A stretch of DNA of 64,000 nt from Amphiscolops sp. MND2022 (taxonomy: Eukaryota), in assembly GCA_964187785.1 (NCBI GenBank), contig OZ076409.1, positions 28,708,001 to 28,772,000 on the forward strand. The letters run 5' to 3'. Position 1 is the first letter of the stretch; each line of letters starts with the position of its first letter. Shown here piece after piece: positions 25,590 to 39,020 of this stretch. Position numbers and translations under genes: made by a program. The notes beneath the pieces were generated by a model, which ran no database searches, was not told the DNA's origin, and saw nothing but the letters and a program-made list of their open reading frames with translations.

Positions 25590-28500
25590 CTTCACCACGA
25601 CTCCAATACGACCAACGGGTCTCTGTCCGACAATACATCTGCTCGGACCCTCCAACGCAAACTTTCCATAACCACAAACAACAATTGTTGGGCTATCCTT
25701 CTGTTGTCTGGCAGCAGCAGATAGAAAAAGCTACCACTACTACTTAAAATATCACCCATTTGTTGCAAAAACCAATTCTTGTCTGGGACCCTGATTACAC
25801 AACAACCTTCACTACCCGATTCAAACCCATTCCCTTAATTGATGATTACAATCCAACAAATATCGATCCAAACTATAGCAGAGATCCCTTTTGGGACACT
25901 GAGCTCTCTAACCAAGACCTATTACAATCCCAATATGACCTAGATGACATTGAGCACTATATTACAACAGTCTACGAAAACCCTCCAATAACCCATAACA
26001 AAAAAAAACAAGAGCACTGATCGAAAACTGGCAGATGAATGACGGTACCAACCATCCAATGTTCCCAAACACCTTGAGAACCGAGAATGCCGAAAACAAA
26101 GAGGAAACGACTCCACAATCATTACTCGATGAGAAACAATTCCAAAACGTCCTCATTACAAAGAAGGTGCACCAGCCTGTATACCGTTGTCAACCAATAT
26201 AAACCTCAAATGCAAGAAGCGTATAATAAATTTCCCAATGGACTTTGGGGAATTCACCATAGACGGCCTAATAGATACTGGGGCATTATCCAAAGCAATT
26301 CCTGAAATGGACCTCCAGAAAATTCGACTCTTTTCGCCACAATCCTTTATCCGAGAAGGTCCGCCTCCGAACTTTCAAATCATGGTCGCCAATGAGCAAT
26401 TTGAAACTCCTAAAAGTATCCTAGAAATTATAGAAAAGAAACCATAGAAATCCAAATGGACAATGGTGATTTCGAGTTCCATGAAATCTTCATAGTAATG
26501 AAGAATTTGACGGGACCAATCATTGGACTAATGTTCCTCCAAAGAAACCAAACAGTTCTGAACATGAGGCAAGGAGGTTTGACTTTTCGTTCTTTTCGAT
26601 GCAGCTCAAAACAGCTGATCACAGATACTCCAATGTCTTGGAGCTAATCCTCAGTTTGACTGATATTTACCATTCCACCAAATCACAGTCCTAATCAGGA
26701 CAAATTCCCTACCCACCCTGAGAACACTGTCACTGGCATACTGCAACTATGTGACCTGCTACACGAAAGAGGCGACATTACTTTTTGTCCAGCTTTGGTC
26801 ACTCTAAAAGATGGCATTATATCGATTCCTGTGAACAATTTCACAGGTCACCCCTCCAAACTCAAGAAACGACTCCATATTGCCATTTTCTCTGTCATGA
26901 CGCCAGAACAAATGAAGTACGTCAAACCGGTTGACCCGGATTCGACCTGGCATCTCTTACAAAATGACCAAGAGCAGGCAGCCCATTATGTCATCAGTCT
27001 CATCAAGACCAATGAAAATCCACAGAATACAGAGATTTATTGGTTCCCAACTCCGGGAACCCAGGTAAACCGGAGGAGCACACGCCAATATAGAAACGAA
27101 TACCACGGGAAATACAAGCCCTACAGGACCTGGAGACTCTAGACCCGACTAAAGATGAGGAATCTAGAGCAAAATTCCTAGAAAATTTTGTTAGGAAGGA
27201 TTCCACTTTAACTACGAAAGAAAGAGCAAAAATTGGAGAACTAGTAGTGGAATTCCATGAAAGTTTCGCGAGACACAGATTTGATATAGGCATGAATGAG
27301 CAATTCAAGGTGAAACTGACACCTAAAGACGATTCCCCAGCATCACTCTTAGTCAGAGCCTCCCAGTACCCGTAAACCTAAAGGAGGACATCCTAGTTGA
27401 ACTAGCAATGCTACATAAACATGGTATAACCACCACTCTGCCATTTTCGAAATACTCCAGCCCGATATTTGCGCAAAAGACGCCAAATCGGAAACTGCGA
27501 CTCCTGGTTGACCTGAGAAAAATCAACAACCTAATTTCGGATGATTTCGTAAACAATAGGCATCCTGTCAGAACCCTAGTTGATGCCGCACGGTACATGG
27601 CAGGAAAAAGCTCTTTTGTAAGTTAGACTGTTCATAAGCGTATCACTGCCTTCAGATGGCCAACCAACGGTCAATTGAAATGTTAGCCTTCAATTTTGCA
27701 TGTCGCACATTTGCCTACCGACATTTGGCACAGGACCTTAGTCGAGCGCAATCTGCATTCTCCAGTTTCATGCGAGAATGCCTTGATAAAGTTATCAAAG
27801 CGGACCAGTGTGCACAGTATGTGGACGATATCGGCATCGCAGCCAACGACGCTGATCACCTCATAGCTAACCTGAGAGCAGGAAGTCAGGAAGCAGGCCT
27901 TAAATTGACAATGCACAAATGCCATTTTGGTGCTACAGAAATTGATTTCCTTGGACGAACGATTACCCCACAAGGCGTCAAACCCCAAAGGCAGATTGTC
28001 CAAAACTTTCATGAAAAAACCAAATTCCCGAAGTCGAAAAAGTCTTTATAACGGTATTCGGGATTCTTATACTATAACAGAAACTACGTCCCAAAACTTT
28101 CCGAACGCCTTGCTCCATTCTACAAGATGCTGAAAGGTGACAAAAAGGTCCTTGTATCGAAAGACTTGGTGCAGCAATTTGAGGAAATCAACCGAGCATT
28201 AGACAAATGCTGAGACTTGGCCTTACAACAACCGATTCCGAACAAACAAATCGCCTTGATGACAGATGCAAGATTTGGCGCTGCCGGATATGCAGTGCTA
28301 ATAGAAGATGACCCAAACCAGAAATTCACATCAATCCGCAAATCTTATGCACCGGTCGCATATGGTTCAAAGACCTTCACCCCCGCCCAGATAAACATGT
28401 CCATATTTGCAAACAAATTTCTTGCGATTTACGTCGCATTCAAGGAATTTGGGCATATCTTCTGGGGCACGCCAAAACCGGTCATTATCCTAACTTACAA

Positions 28501-30810
28501 TAAAGCCTTGACCAGATTTTTCCAAACAAAAACTGTACCCCCAGCCCTGCGGAAAGCATGTGACTATGTCATTCAATTCAATTTCGTCATAGTGCACATC
28601 CCAGGGGAACAGAATACGGCAACGGATTATTTGACCCGCCTGGAAGCTGATCCGAAGGACGAAATTAGTATTGAAAAGTAGAGAGGATGTACAAACTGTT
28701 CCAATTGAAATAAATGTCCAATCAGCCGGAGTCTCACAGGAAGAACAAATCTTCTACACGAATGACGATGATGAGACGGAAGAACAATTTTGGGCGAGGA
28801 AAGAAGCAATCAGGAAAAATCCCCCCATAGAAGAACCTGCTGTAACAATCCAAACATTTTCTACAAATTTGGTCAAACAACAACCTGACATCCATGTCCA
28901 ACTACCGAAAACGAACCAGGTAATTATTGAGCAACCCAAACATGCAGTAATACAGCAATTGAAGGCGAAACTCCTTCATGAAGATTACTCAGAAAACGTA
29001 CTGCAACAGGATGCTCGATTCCGACACAATGCAAGCAACTTAGAACGAATTGTATTCAAGGATGAGATCCTGACCAGGCAATACTTTGACGAAACAGGAA
29101 ATGTCAAATACCATCAAATTCTACTCCCGCAGCACCTACTCCAGGAACTGCTTCAGTCCCTTCACGGGACTGCTCACAAGCACCCTGGCATATCCAAGAT
29201 GTTACAGCAAATCAGACAGAAGTATTACTCCACTAACGTGGCAAAGTACGTTAAAAAGTGGGTAGAAGTGTGCGCACAATGCGCAAAGGACAAGCGCGTC
29301 CCCAATGCAGCGATCACGCCTGAACTACTTAACTTGCCGGAATGGGACTTTGGACCCGAAGATGCCATGCAGATTGACTTATTGCCGAATCTTCCCCCAA
29401 TTGGAGGATATGAAAATGTTCTCACTGCAATTGATGTCTTCTCTCAAAATCTGTTCGCTTACCCTCTTACGGACGCATCAGGAATCAATGTGGCAAAAGT
29501 GCTCATTGATATAATGACAAAACATGCGTATTTACCAACAACGCTTATTACCGACAAAGGAACTGCATTCCTTTTCACGATTATTGCCGAGACTACGCAG
29601 ATTTTGGGAAACACACTCAAATGCGTAACGACAAAACATCCGCAAAGAGTCGGGAATTTGGAGCGAACACATTCTTCACTCAAGACGAACATAAAATTGG
29701 CATGAGGGGAATATCGCCGTTAATGGTATAAATATTTGCCATTAGCAGTTCTCAATCACAAAACGAGCTATCACGCGAGCATTGGTTGTGAACCAACGAG
29801 AGTATTCTATGGACGAGTTCCATACAATATCTTGGATCACACCCTCGATATAATCCAATCGAGCAGATCACTCCTACAACTGAATTCTCGGAAGAAATCC
29901 AGAACCAGACCAAACTCTTGATTGACAAAACGAAGCAGAACATCAGGCAATCCTTATTAAATACAAGGAATATTTTGATCGCAAAGCAAAAGCGGCACCA
30001 CTCAACGAAAACGATTACTGTTTTAAACTACAGCCGAAAGCGGATCATCAAGGATCAAAGATCCCATTCTGAATTTACCGTTGGGTTGGGCCATTTGTAG
30101 TCCAGAAAGTTTTATCTAATGAGAAATACAACGTCCGCAGGCTCAATACAAATAAAACTCAGATATTACATCGAATTCGCCCTAAGAAGTTTGTTCCCAA
30201 TCAACCGCCTCAGGACAATTTTCGAGACGAGCGCTTGCAGCCAGACGAGGAATTTGTCATTCCCCAAAACGACTTATATACAATAACGTGGGAGACAAAC
30301 TTTGATGACCAACTAGCTAAACGAGACAACGAGCCTATTCCGACTAGCTTGCCGAATAGCGAACAGCCAGTTACGGCAGAAGCGAATTCGAATGACGCAC
30401 ACGAAAATGCAGCGAATTGTATCATCACGACTGATAGTCCGAATGACGTCAACGATGCAGCGCAAAGTCAAAATGAAAGAATAAAAAGTGACATCAGCAG
30501 CAGAAATGAAGCTAGCGAAGCTGATAAAAATGAAAACTCTGATTGGCCGTATTCTGCTGTTTACCACAAAAATCAAGAAAAATCTTTGCCAGATCTGTCC
30601 GAAAGACAGGAAAACAATGCAAATTTTTCAGAAAGAAATTTTGCAAACGAAAACGATGCACGAGAAGCTCCAAAAAGGGGGGATGAAATTATCGTGCCCG
30701 AAAAATCGCAAAATGATGACAGAAATGAGAATCTGAGTCCTAGAGGTGGGTGATATAATCTCAGACCTAACCCTAACCCAAACTACTCAGAAGACTTCAG
30801 ATACTATAAA
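25590..30810 (+). pseudogene. pol: E3 pol (PR-RT-RH-INT), heavily frameshifted
   Basis: LIDTGA; SKYSSPIFAQK..LRLLVDLRKIN; YVDDIG; MTDARFG; HGTAHKHPG..CAQC; IDVFS; TDKG; WVGPF; YNLRPNPNPNYSEDF tail. Confidence 0.93.
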
Positions 30811-31059
30811 AGACTAAATTCTACCTAGAAAAGGGCTCTGGATTTGCTTTTCTTTTTAGTTCTTTTTATCTAGTCCCCTGATGAAGGAATCTTTTGAATA
30901 AATATGGGGACATTGAACACACTCCCTTTCGAAATAAATATAGGGATCGGGAGATTAACAACAGAAGGACAACAAACCGGGATCACAAATACCGGAAAAT
31001 GCAAGGAAGTCAACAAAGTTTACAGTTTGGAAGTACAAGCATACATATGTACAATTAGT

Positions 31060-34000
31060 CTTTAGAGGAACCAGGTCGAGTAGTTTCAATGACGGACGAA
31101 GAGGATGATCGGGAAGCGCCTCGTTCCATTTTTCTCCGCTTAGAACTGGAAGGGGTTTTCACGGCAGATTAATCAACTACATAACTTACATCTCCAGATG
31201 CAGCTCGAGCTGGGGCCTTCTGAGGGGTAGAAAGTGCAAGCCGATAAGAAACCAACAACGACTTGTAAATTCTGGAGCATTCAAAAGTGTCCACGTAAGT
31301 CCAGGGATCGTAATCGGGAGCAAATGCAGATCGCCCAAAGGAAGAAGCTAGGTTGACGAACTTAGCAAGATTGTCGTCATCACTGCATAAAACTACTGAG
31401 TCTCGCACGTTGACCATGTAACTTTGGCTTGGAAGAATCACGTCAGTTAGTCTACTCTGGCGTCCGGCAGTGGAAACTGTCCCGAAAGTGACATAGGGTT
31501 AAGTTGAGCTGGTAGTAGTAGCACACAAACAACACAGTTTGAAGAGATAAATAAAACAACTACGGTCTTGAAGAAACTCCAGCCCAGACAAAAACTCAAT
31601 TAAATCACTGGAGACACTAGTTATATCAAAACTGCGGCCATACGCAGTACGAAGGTGATCAAGCAGTTGCATGTACTGATCCCGGCATAAGGACTCATTA
31701 GCACTGGGAACCCAAGAACGGAGAAAGAAGGTACTGTACAGTATGTCGAAAAGACGCAGAGCTATATCTATGGTGCGCTTGAATAGGATGAAAGGATCGG
31801 AGGTAGCTATCCCTTTCACTATATTTGTGCTGAGTCCAGTCTGGCGGAGAACTTCGTTGATAAGGTACTACACGTACTGTTGGCTGTCTTTGACAAATTT
31901 AGCTCTCACGGTTTCAGTGGTCGTCAGGATCGCTGAGCGCTCTGATTTCTTACCAAAGTGCATTCCCTCAGCTTTCGCCTTGCTTGCTGACGACACTTTG
32001 TTGGTGAGTTTCAGGCTACCAAATACTCTTCTCCGGCCAGGAAAGTGGCCTCACTCGTCTGAAACGTCGCAAGAACCAGGCGTTAGCTAGAGGAACCGTA
32101 TCAGGACTATAGATGCGGAAACAGAGCAGGCTTACGAATTGGCAAACTTCGCCACAAAGACAAAGGGAAGCGTCACGCCTGTGTTGGAGATTTACAGGGA
32201 AACTAGCTGCGTCTGGAAAACAAATCAGTACCTAGGGTGGAGCAATGACCATGGACTGTTACCTTAACATGAGATACTTACAGTCACTCACAAGCCCGTT
32301 GAACTCCAATTTGACAACGAAAAACTCGTCGCAAATCAGGGACCATTCGAAGCTATGTACGTTAAACAGAACACACCTGTCAGCGCTACCCAGGTTTTAC
32401 CCAGAAAGTAAAGGTTCCAGGAAGCCCTTATTGGAATCATTTGATTATGTTACTAGGGAATACAGCATAAATTGTAACCCTGCCTCGGACTCCTTGACCT
32501 CGTTGTATGGGGGCATGCTCGGTCAGGTACCGAAGGATTGGTTTCCATTCCTTGACAAGCTCATAACAAAGACCAGAAAGTATCTGAACGTCAAGTTTAC
32601 AACTGGTCACGGCCTGTAAAAACCCGACGCTTGAAGTTTTGGCCTGAGCCTTACTACACCCCAAACCGCCTGACACATAACGCTTAGTGGAAGAAACAGA
32701 ATAAAGTACTTACTTCAGTGAGTGCTGGACTCCGCATTGCCCACTCCTCGGCGAGAGTCCACGGAGTAACTGGACTTGTGCATTAATGTAGACAATGACA
32801 GTTGTTCGAAGCGAAAACAGCTCTGGACTCGTTGGGGAAGTTTATTCTGACTGGTCGATTGTCTTGACTAAGTCGACGTGGCAACCAGAACAAGCCACTA
32901 CATCTGGTTGGGCAGATACTGCTGACAAGAAACGGGCCAGAGGCCCAAGTTCCCTTATGACATCAGTTGCGGGGAGGGAGCTTCGACAAATAAGGACTAT
33001 GCAGAGCTCAGAACTTTTCCAGAATTTGACAGTCATGTAGCGGTAGACACCAGCGGTCTCAAATTCAATTGCAAAGCATTGCTGGGACGCGACTTGCTCG
33101 GCGATGTCAATCAGGGCGCTTATGAAGAAAAGCTGGAATATGACCTGCAACGGAAACAGGACAACTGAGATATGGAATTATTCAAGCTTTTGGGTTGGTA
33201 AGCAAAAGAATACTTACGGTCATTCGCTCTTCTCCACAGTCTTAATCGCAAACTACTGTTGCTTGGTGATTGGTGTAGGCTCCTATCCTGGACCACAAGT
33301 TCCTGAGGACTGACAAGTCTCTAATCGTCTTTAAGAAGTCTCCTACAAAAAAGAGTTGAGTTTTGACCCGTGCCTCTTGGGTTACCAAGGCCGTGGTGGT
33401 TCCCTTGATGAAATCTTCGTAAATGGGGAACCTTTCCCCTATGTCCACCAGTTCGACGTTGATGAACTTAGGTAGTTGATTGGCCAACTCAATTTTTGTT
33501 AGTATCTCGCCATTGGCGCCTCGGACTCGGTGCTGTACCTTGCCGCTAACAGGATCTGTGCTGCGCAAATGTTCATATCGCCATCGACGTAAGTGGCGTT
33601 CTGTCCGGTGGTGCCTGAGGATCTCATATGGGGCTTTAGACTTTATAGAGAAATTCTTTTTGCAGATTTGGCACCTTATGCGGATTGTATGCAGACCATA
33701 TGCGGATTGTATATCGGGTCTGCAGGGCCGTAAAATGAATGATCTGGTCGAGCCAATTTTGGAGGAAAACTCTTATCTCGTGGGCACACTTTTCCTCGTG
33801 AGCCTCTTGTTGCCCTTCTTTTTCTTGGACTTTGAAGGCCCTTCTCCAGAGTTCCTCTGTGCTTGCTCTTGTATCTCAAGCAGAGTAGTGTCCTGACTAC
33901 TAAACTCTTCAGTTTCGAGACCTGTTTGTTGCGGGCTAGGCGTCGCCTTCTCTTGAGTCGCCCCTCCCAGAGGGAGTGTGGGTACGCTTGAAGGACTTTG

Positions 34001-35173
34001 ATATTAGATCCATTTCAGTCGCACTGTCACTTTCTTTGTAGAAAGTTGTTCCACCAGTGTCATCAGCGCCCGATTCGTGTTGCCCCATCTCCGCCTTGGG
34101 GTTTGTGACCCCCTAGTTTGAAAGTGAGCCGTTCGGGACGGGAGAGCTGTTGGGGATCCACGGACAGCATCATAAACCATCCTTTTCGTGGTGGTGAAAG
34201 ATCGCCGGAGGGTCTCATCTGTGAGGATGCGTAGGAGGTTGTATACCTGAGGTTCAGTTAAAGCAATAGTGGTATGTCCGACAGGGAGTCGGATCGGAGA
34301 AGCTTCCTCGAAATATTCCTTCAGGATGGCTCTACTGCGGCCTAAGAGGTCCGGGAGGTCGTCCTGTTCTGGCTGCTTTTTTGATGTTCGTCCTTTACTT
34401 GTTCCAGGAGTTTGTTTATCGCAACTGGTTTCATCCCCGCCTTCAGTTCCTGACTCAGTGGCAAAAGGGGGATACCCGTACAGTTCCACTGGGATGATGC
34501 GGCTCGCTTCCTCTGTAGACTCTTCTTCTTCATTTCGGCTCAATGTGAGTTGTACATTGGAAGCGCCTCCTGGTAGCGCAGGTACGTCACAAACTGACGA
34601 GACGTTGTCATCATCGGTTCTGGATGGGGTGTCGCTGACATTTATTTGGCCTGAATTGTCCTTATCCCTCAGTTCTGGCAATTGGGATTCGGTGGACATG
34701 ATGACTCTTAAGACAGATTCCAAGGCTGATAAATCAGCTTCCTGACCCTGTTCCTCATCAGACTGGACGGGGGTGCTTGATCTACGATACCCAAGCGTGG
34801 ACGTTGCCAATTCTGGAGGGTCACTACCCAATTCTTGACTTTGGGTCGGGGCAGAAACTGGAGTGCCCTTGTCCTGCGTGGTAGGGACATGTGCCTTCTC
34901 CATCCTTTGGACTACTGATTCGGCGTAAGCAGTAACATCAGCGTCACCGTCCTGAGTGAGTGCAGGGCTATCGAGCTTGACTAATTCTTGAGGTCGGGAA
35001 ATTTGAGTACCCGCTTCGTCTCGTTGAAACCCCACTGATGTTGTGGCTGAGCTCTTAGGAGCGACTGGATTGCTGGCTTGGGTTGTGGTTGGTGAATCAT
35101 GATTCTCCTTCAGTGAACTCTCTAAACGAAAGGGAATAAAATTTGGCGGTGTGCTTCCTTGAAAGAAATCCAT
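31060..35173 (-). pseudogene. E3 antisense cargo gene: zinc-finger, hAT-transposase-like protein (disrupted; at least one intron, 33145-33217)
   Basis: Consecutive minus-strand ORFs 34004-35173, 33242-33673, 32842-33144, 31499-31819 and 31169-31441. CQICKKNFSIKSKAPYEILRHHRTERH finger at ~33590-33673. GTAAGT...TTGCAG phase-0 intron. Confidence 0.7.
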
Positions 35174-36252
35174 TTACCTTCCAAAGAAAACCTTCCGAAA
35201 GTGTCTTACAAACTTGAACAAAACGTGTTTTCATGTGTCCACTAATGGAAACAGGAAGCATCTAATGAGCGAATTTAACCCTGATCAAGCTAAATTAGTT
35301 GAAAAAGAAAAAAATTAAAACCAACCTGGGACAGACGCCATGCTGTTGACAACTGATTGAGTGACGATCCCAAATGGGACGTTTGGTGTTGGGAAATCGG
35401 TAGAGTTCAATTGCAAGAAGGGGAAGCTCCAAGAATATCCAAAGGAATAGTCAGCGACGAAGTTGAAGACGAATATGGACAAGTGTAATAATCGGGAGTA
35501 CAAATCAAAGAAGAATACAAATTGTAATCGGAATTAGAATAAAGTAACAATTGGAAAGATTGAAAGTTGGAGTTCGTGGCTGAAGAAATTACCAGACTAG
35601 TATTAGATGGTTATCTACATGTTTAAAACTGTACATGGAGTCTGCCAGCGAAATGTACAGAGGATCTTCATTACTTACAACATTGTTAGTTAGTAGCCAA
35701 TTATGGCCGTTTACCCTATGTTGGTTTACCGTTTTGTTCAATTATCCCTTTTAGCCTAGTCAGAATTCCCCCATTTTGAATTTTTTGGATTTGTTATTTT
35801 CGCCATTTTTTTATTTCATTTTTCATTTCATCCAAGAACGATTCCAATTGGCTGAAGCCATTTTGAAGAGAACCTACGACGTGTGCCGTTAATTACTTTT
35901 AAGCAGCCCGTAAGCTACCCACTTGAGACGAATGTATTTGATATCATTAACTTAAGCGTCGTTTACACCCCTTCTGATGATGAGAGTGATGGGGGGTAAA
36001 CACCAGGATTTTAAAAGCCACCGACCGTCGGCGGAATTCAATTCAAAGAAAGTTTATGCCGCGTTAGGACAATTAACTGAAATTCCAAGCGCTGAGTCGG
36101 AAACCCCGGGAATAGGCTTTACTCGGCCTTAGGTGGAAAGATAGTGACTTCATTCCTCCCAAAAGCTTAACAAGAAACAGTTGCCTCAAAGTTATCAGGA
36201 TAGCTTAGAACTTAATAACGGAGAAATTTAACCTCGCAAGAAGACTCTTTGA

Positions 36253-36890
36253 CATGGACAATGATAGTTCAGAAGCCTCGGACAAGTCAGTCATATAAAT
36301 CTCGAGCAGCGAGGATGAACTCTCAGATGGCTGGGCATCAGACAACTCCACTGATACAGAGGAATTAGTAGCCCGCATTGAAAAGGGAGTCTGTGCAAGT
36401 CCCATGTTAATCGGCGGAAGAGCATGACAGTGGAAGCAGAACAAGAGAATATGGCACCTGGACCTTGTACAAGCAAAATATGCAAGGAAGTCACCCCGGC
36501 GAGCAAGTTGCGACACAAGTACTTCGACCAGGAAATGTGTTAGGTCCCTCCTAGGAAAGAAGGGAAACCAAGAATTGAAATCTGCAAGACGCTTTTGCCA
36601 GTTCTCGATTCGTCCAGGTCTCCGCCGCAATATGAGAAAGGACCTTCGATGGATACTCCGCTGGTTCAGTCAACAGACTCAGGTTTTCATGCAACCTATC
36701 ATGTGCAGAACACGAGGCCCTACCAGAACATCAGCGAAGTACGCTACACTGGCTGTGTGGTCTGTGGTCGCTCGGTAGACGCAATCAAGAAAGAAAAGGT
36801 GGAATGGTAAATGCAAAGGTCCACCCCGCAAAGCGAGCCTGAACAAGTGACAAGACTCAGAAGGGAGGCATGCATTTGAGAATGGTCTTG
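36253..36890 (+). pseudogene. E3 small sense-strand accessory ORF (acidic N-terminus, CVVCGRS motif), truncated at the LTR junction
   Basis: MDNDSSEASDKS..SSSEDELSDGW...HATYHVQNTRPY...YTGCVVCGRSVDAIKKEKVEW, with stops and frameshifts. Confidence 0.5.
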
Positions 36891-38023
36891 TTGCTAGTTC
36901 AAAGTTACGGATTTGGCCAATTTCGGCCGTATTATGAAAATGCTTTTGTTCCTGTCCTATTATTATAAATTGTATTGTACTGAAATGTTTCACGAGCCAT
37001 GCATGTCATATCGTGTTCTCACCCCGTAGTAAAATTCAGCAGTATTCGCGTGGTGGCACGTGCCAATGTTGCCTACTGATGTTGAATGCACTAAATTCCA
37101 ATGATGGCAAGTTGTATTTGTTGACACTTTGATGCTAATATTTTCACTGGCAATTTGTTTGAAGTTGCGGTTTGGATTAAATACCTCTTAGAATGTTGCT
37201 TGTTGAACTTCTCGAAATATTCTAAAATATCGGGAAACACCATATAAGTCATGTATCATATGATCTTAAACTTAACTAGAGAATGTAAAGATTGTGAGTG
37301 TCATCCCCTCAGGAGTATATATACAGATATCTTGCCTGAGTGGGAAATTCATAAAATTTGCTTGTTCTAGTGAAGATACTTTCCAAAACGGTTACACTGT
37401 TAATTTTCTGGGTTAGATAATTCATTATTCAATTCGGATTCTTCTCAATGCCTACTACTAGAAAACAAAAGAAGGCTAGAAAGTCAAGAGGAATTGAAAT
37501 GTTATCAGACATTGAAAACCTTGATGTGATGCTTGGAGAAAATCACTCTAGTGATAAAAAAGAGAGGAAAGCTCAAACAGCATTTTAGCCAGAAGGCCAG
37601 AAAGCACCATTAGCAATAATTTTGTAAATGCTAATGAGCATATGTATTTAAACCGTGATTTAGGGATGAACACCGAGTATGGTCAGAATTCCACAAGTGG
37701 AAATTCTAGCGCTGAGATAAATAGACTGTCTAGTGAATTGAACTCGAGGTTATCAAGGGAATTAGATGAGATGATGGGTAATGTCAACACCCGGATCCAG
37801 AGAGCCATCAGTGATGCAATAAGCAATCAGATATTGCCTCAGATTCAAACTGCTCTAAATACCGGATCGGGCCACTTGACACAAAATAGGTGGAACGTTC
37901 CGTCTTAGAGACCGGAAACTAATTCCGAAGAGACCTATGGTGAGAAAGTCAAGAAAAAAATTAGATGTGAGCCACGCATTGATTATCAGAATGATGATCA
38001 GCCGCATCCGCGTGCTTACGACA
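36889..38023 (+). repeat. E3 3' LTR (5'-truncated)
   Basis: Matches 23484-24611. Lacks the first ~690 bp of the LTR and a PPT. Confidence 0.88.
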
Positions 38024-38393
38024 AAGTCCCATTCAGCTTACTTTTTCTTTAGCCTCGAAAGACGAAACAGATTTGGCGCAAAAAATTACATGGGGGTTTG
38101 TAGTTTCACAAAATTGTCTGTCTTCGACTCGATTGGTTCTTTGAGAAGAAGAGCAGATTGTTCAGGTGGATGTTAAAAGGCAAAGGTATTACGATAAAAC
38201 AAGGTTTTATTTGTACCTTTTTTCTGCGTAATCCATGCACTTCTCAATGCGCTTCTGGACTTTTCCAATTAAAGGAAAACATATTTACAAAACTCATGGC
38301 AAGGACACCATTCAACGAAACTGGAACAATCTCCAATTTCTACTAGTTCAGTCGAGTTTTGATGGATAGTTCCGAGATTTTCCTTTTAATCGT

Positions 38394-38900
38394 TTAAAAC
38401 ACTTGGTGTGCATTCTGACAAAAGATTGAATGAAGGTCGATTTGAATTATTTGTTTATCAAAATCCATACATGGGAACTTTGCATCATCGGCAGAAAGCA
38501 AAGGGTAAACCCTTTCGGAAGAGCAAGTGAGACCGTTAATAAAAATTAAAAACAAAGAAGGCGAAGTTTGCTGTGCTGAGGAACTCCAATTGTTCTTCCA
38601 AATTATTTGGAACATTCGTTTTGTACCTGAATCTTTTCTTTACAATGAGTCATGTAATCTTTCAGGGTCAGAAACAATCTGTTCTCTGCCTTAAAAGTAG
38701 TATATCTTCTCGCCAAGAAAGCCGTGGTTGACTTTGTCGAAAGCCCTGTTGAAATTTTTGATCTATTCTTTGATCTGACTGTATTGTAGACCTTCTCCAT
38801 TGTATACCCTCTGAGGTGAAAAGACAAGCTGCAGAGTTGTTCAGTAAGTGTATCTAAAACCAAATTGAAAAGTGACAATATTCCTTTATATGCTCGAAAT
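38394..38900 (-). pseudogene. Non-LTR (LINE) reverse transcriptase remnant
   Basis: PSLFLIFINGL...LLSADDAKF resembles the LINE RT GPLLFLIFINDL...LFADD motifs. Confidence 0.6.
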
Positions 38901-39020
38901 TTTAATTGAACATAATCGTCATGGAACTTCTAACAGAAACAGGGTGTTTGTTCTGCACATTTCACTCATCGTTTTTTACAAGAGTAGAATAACGTTTGCT
39001 TCTGGCCAAGTATCATGAAA

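Larger units (their letters stand above)
22797..38023 (+). mobile_element. Large Ty3/gypsy LTR retrotransposon E3 (15.2 kb) with antisense cargo gene
   Basis: TSD AAGTC at 22792-22796 and 38024-38028; TGTCAC...CGACA termini; PBS TGGTGACAGGAG at 24612; gag-pol fragments. Confidence 0.9.

Noticed and set aside
35960..36140. Possible hammerhead ribozyme (CTGATGA at ~35974)
   Set aside because: Could not assemble the three stems with GAAA and a cleavage triplet in the correct geometry.
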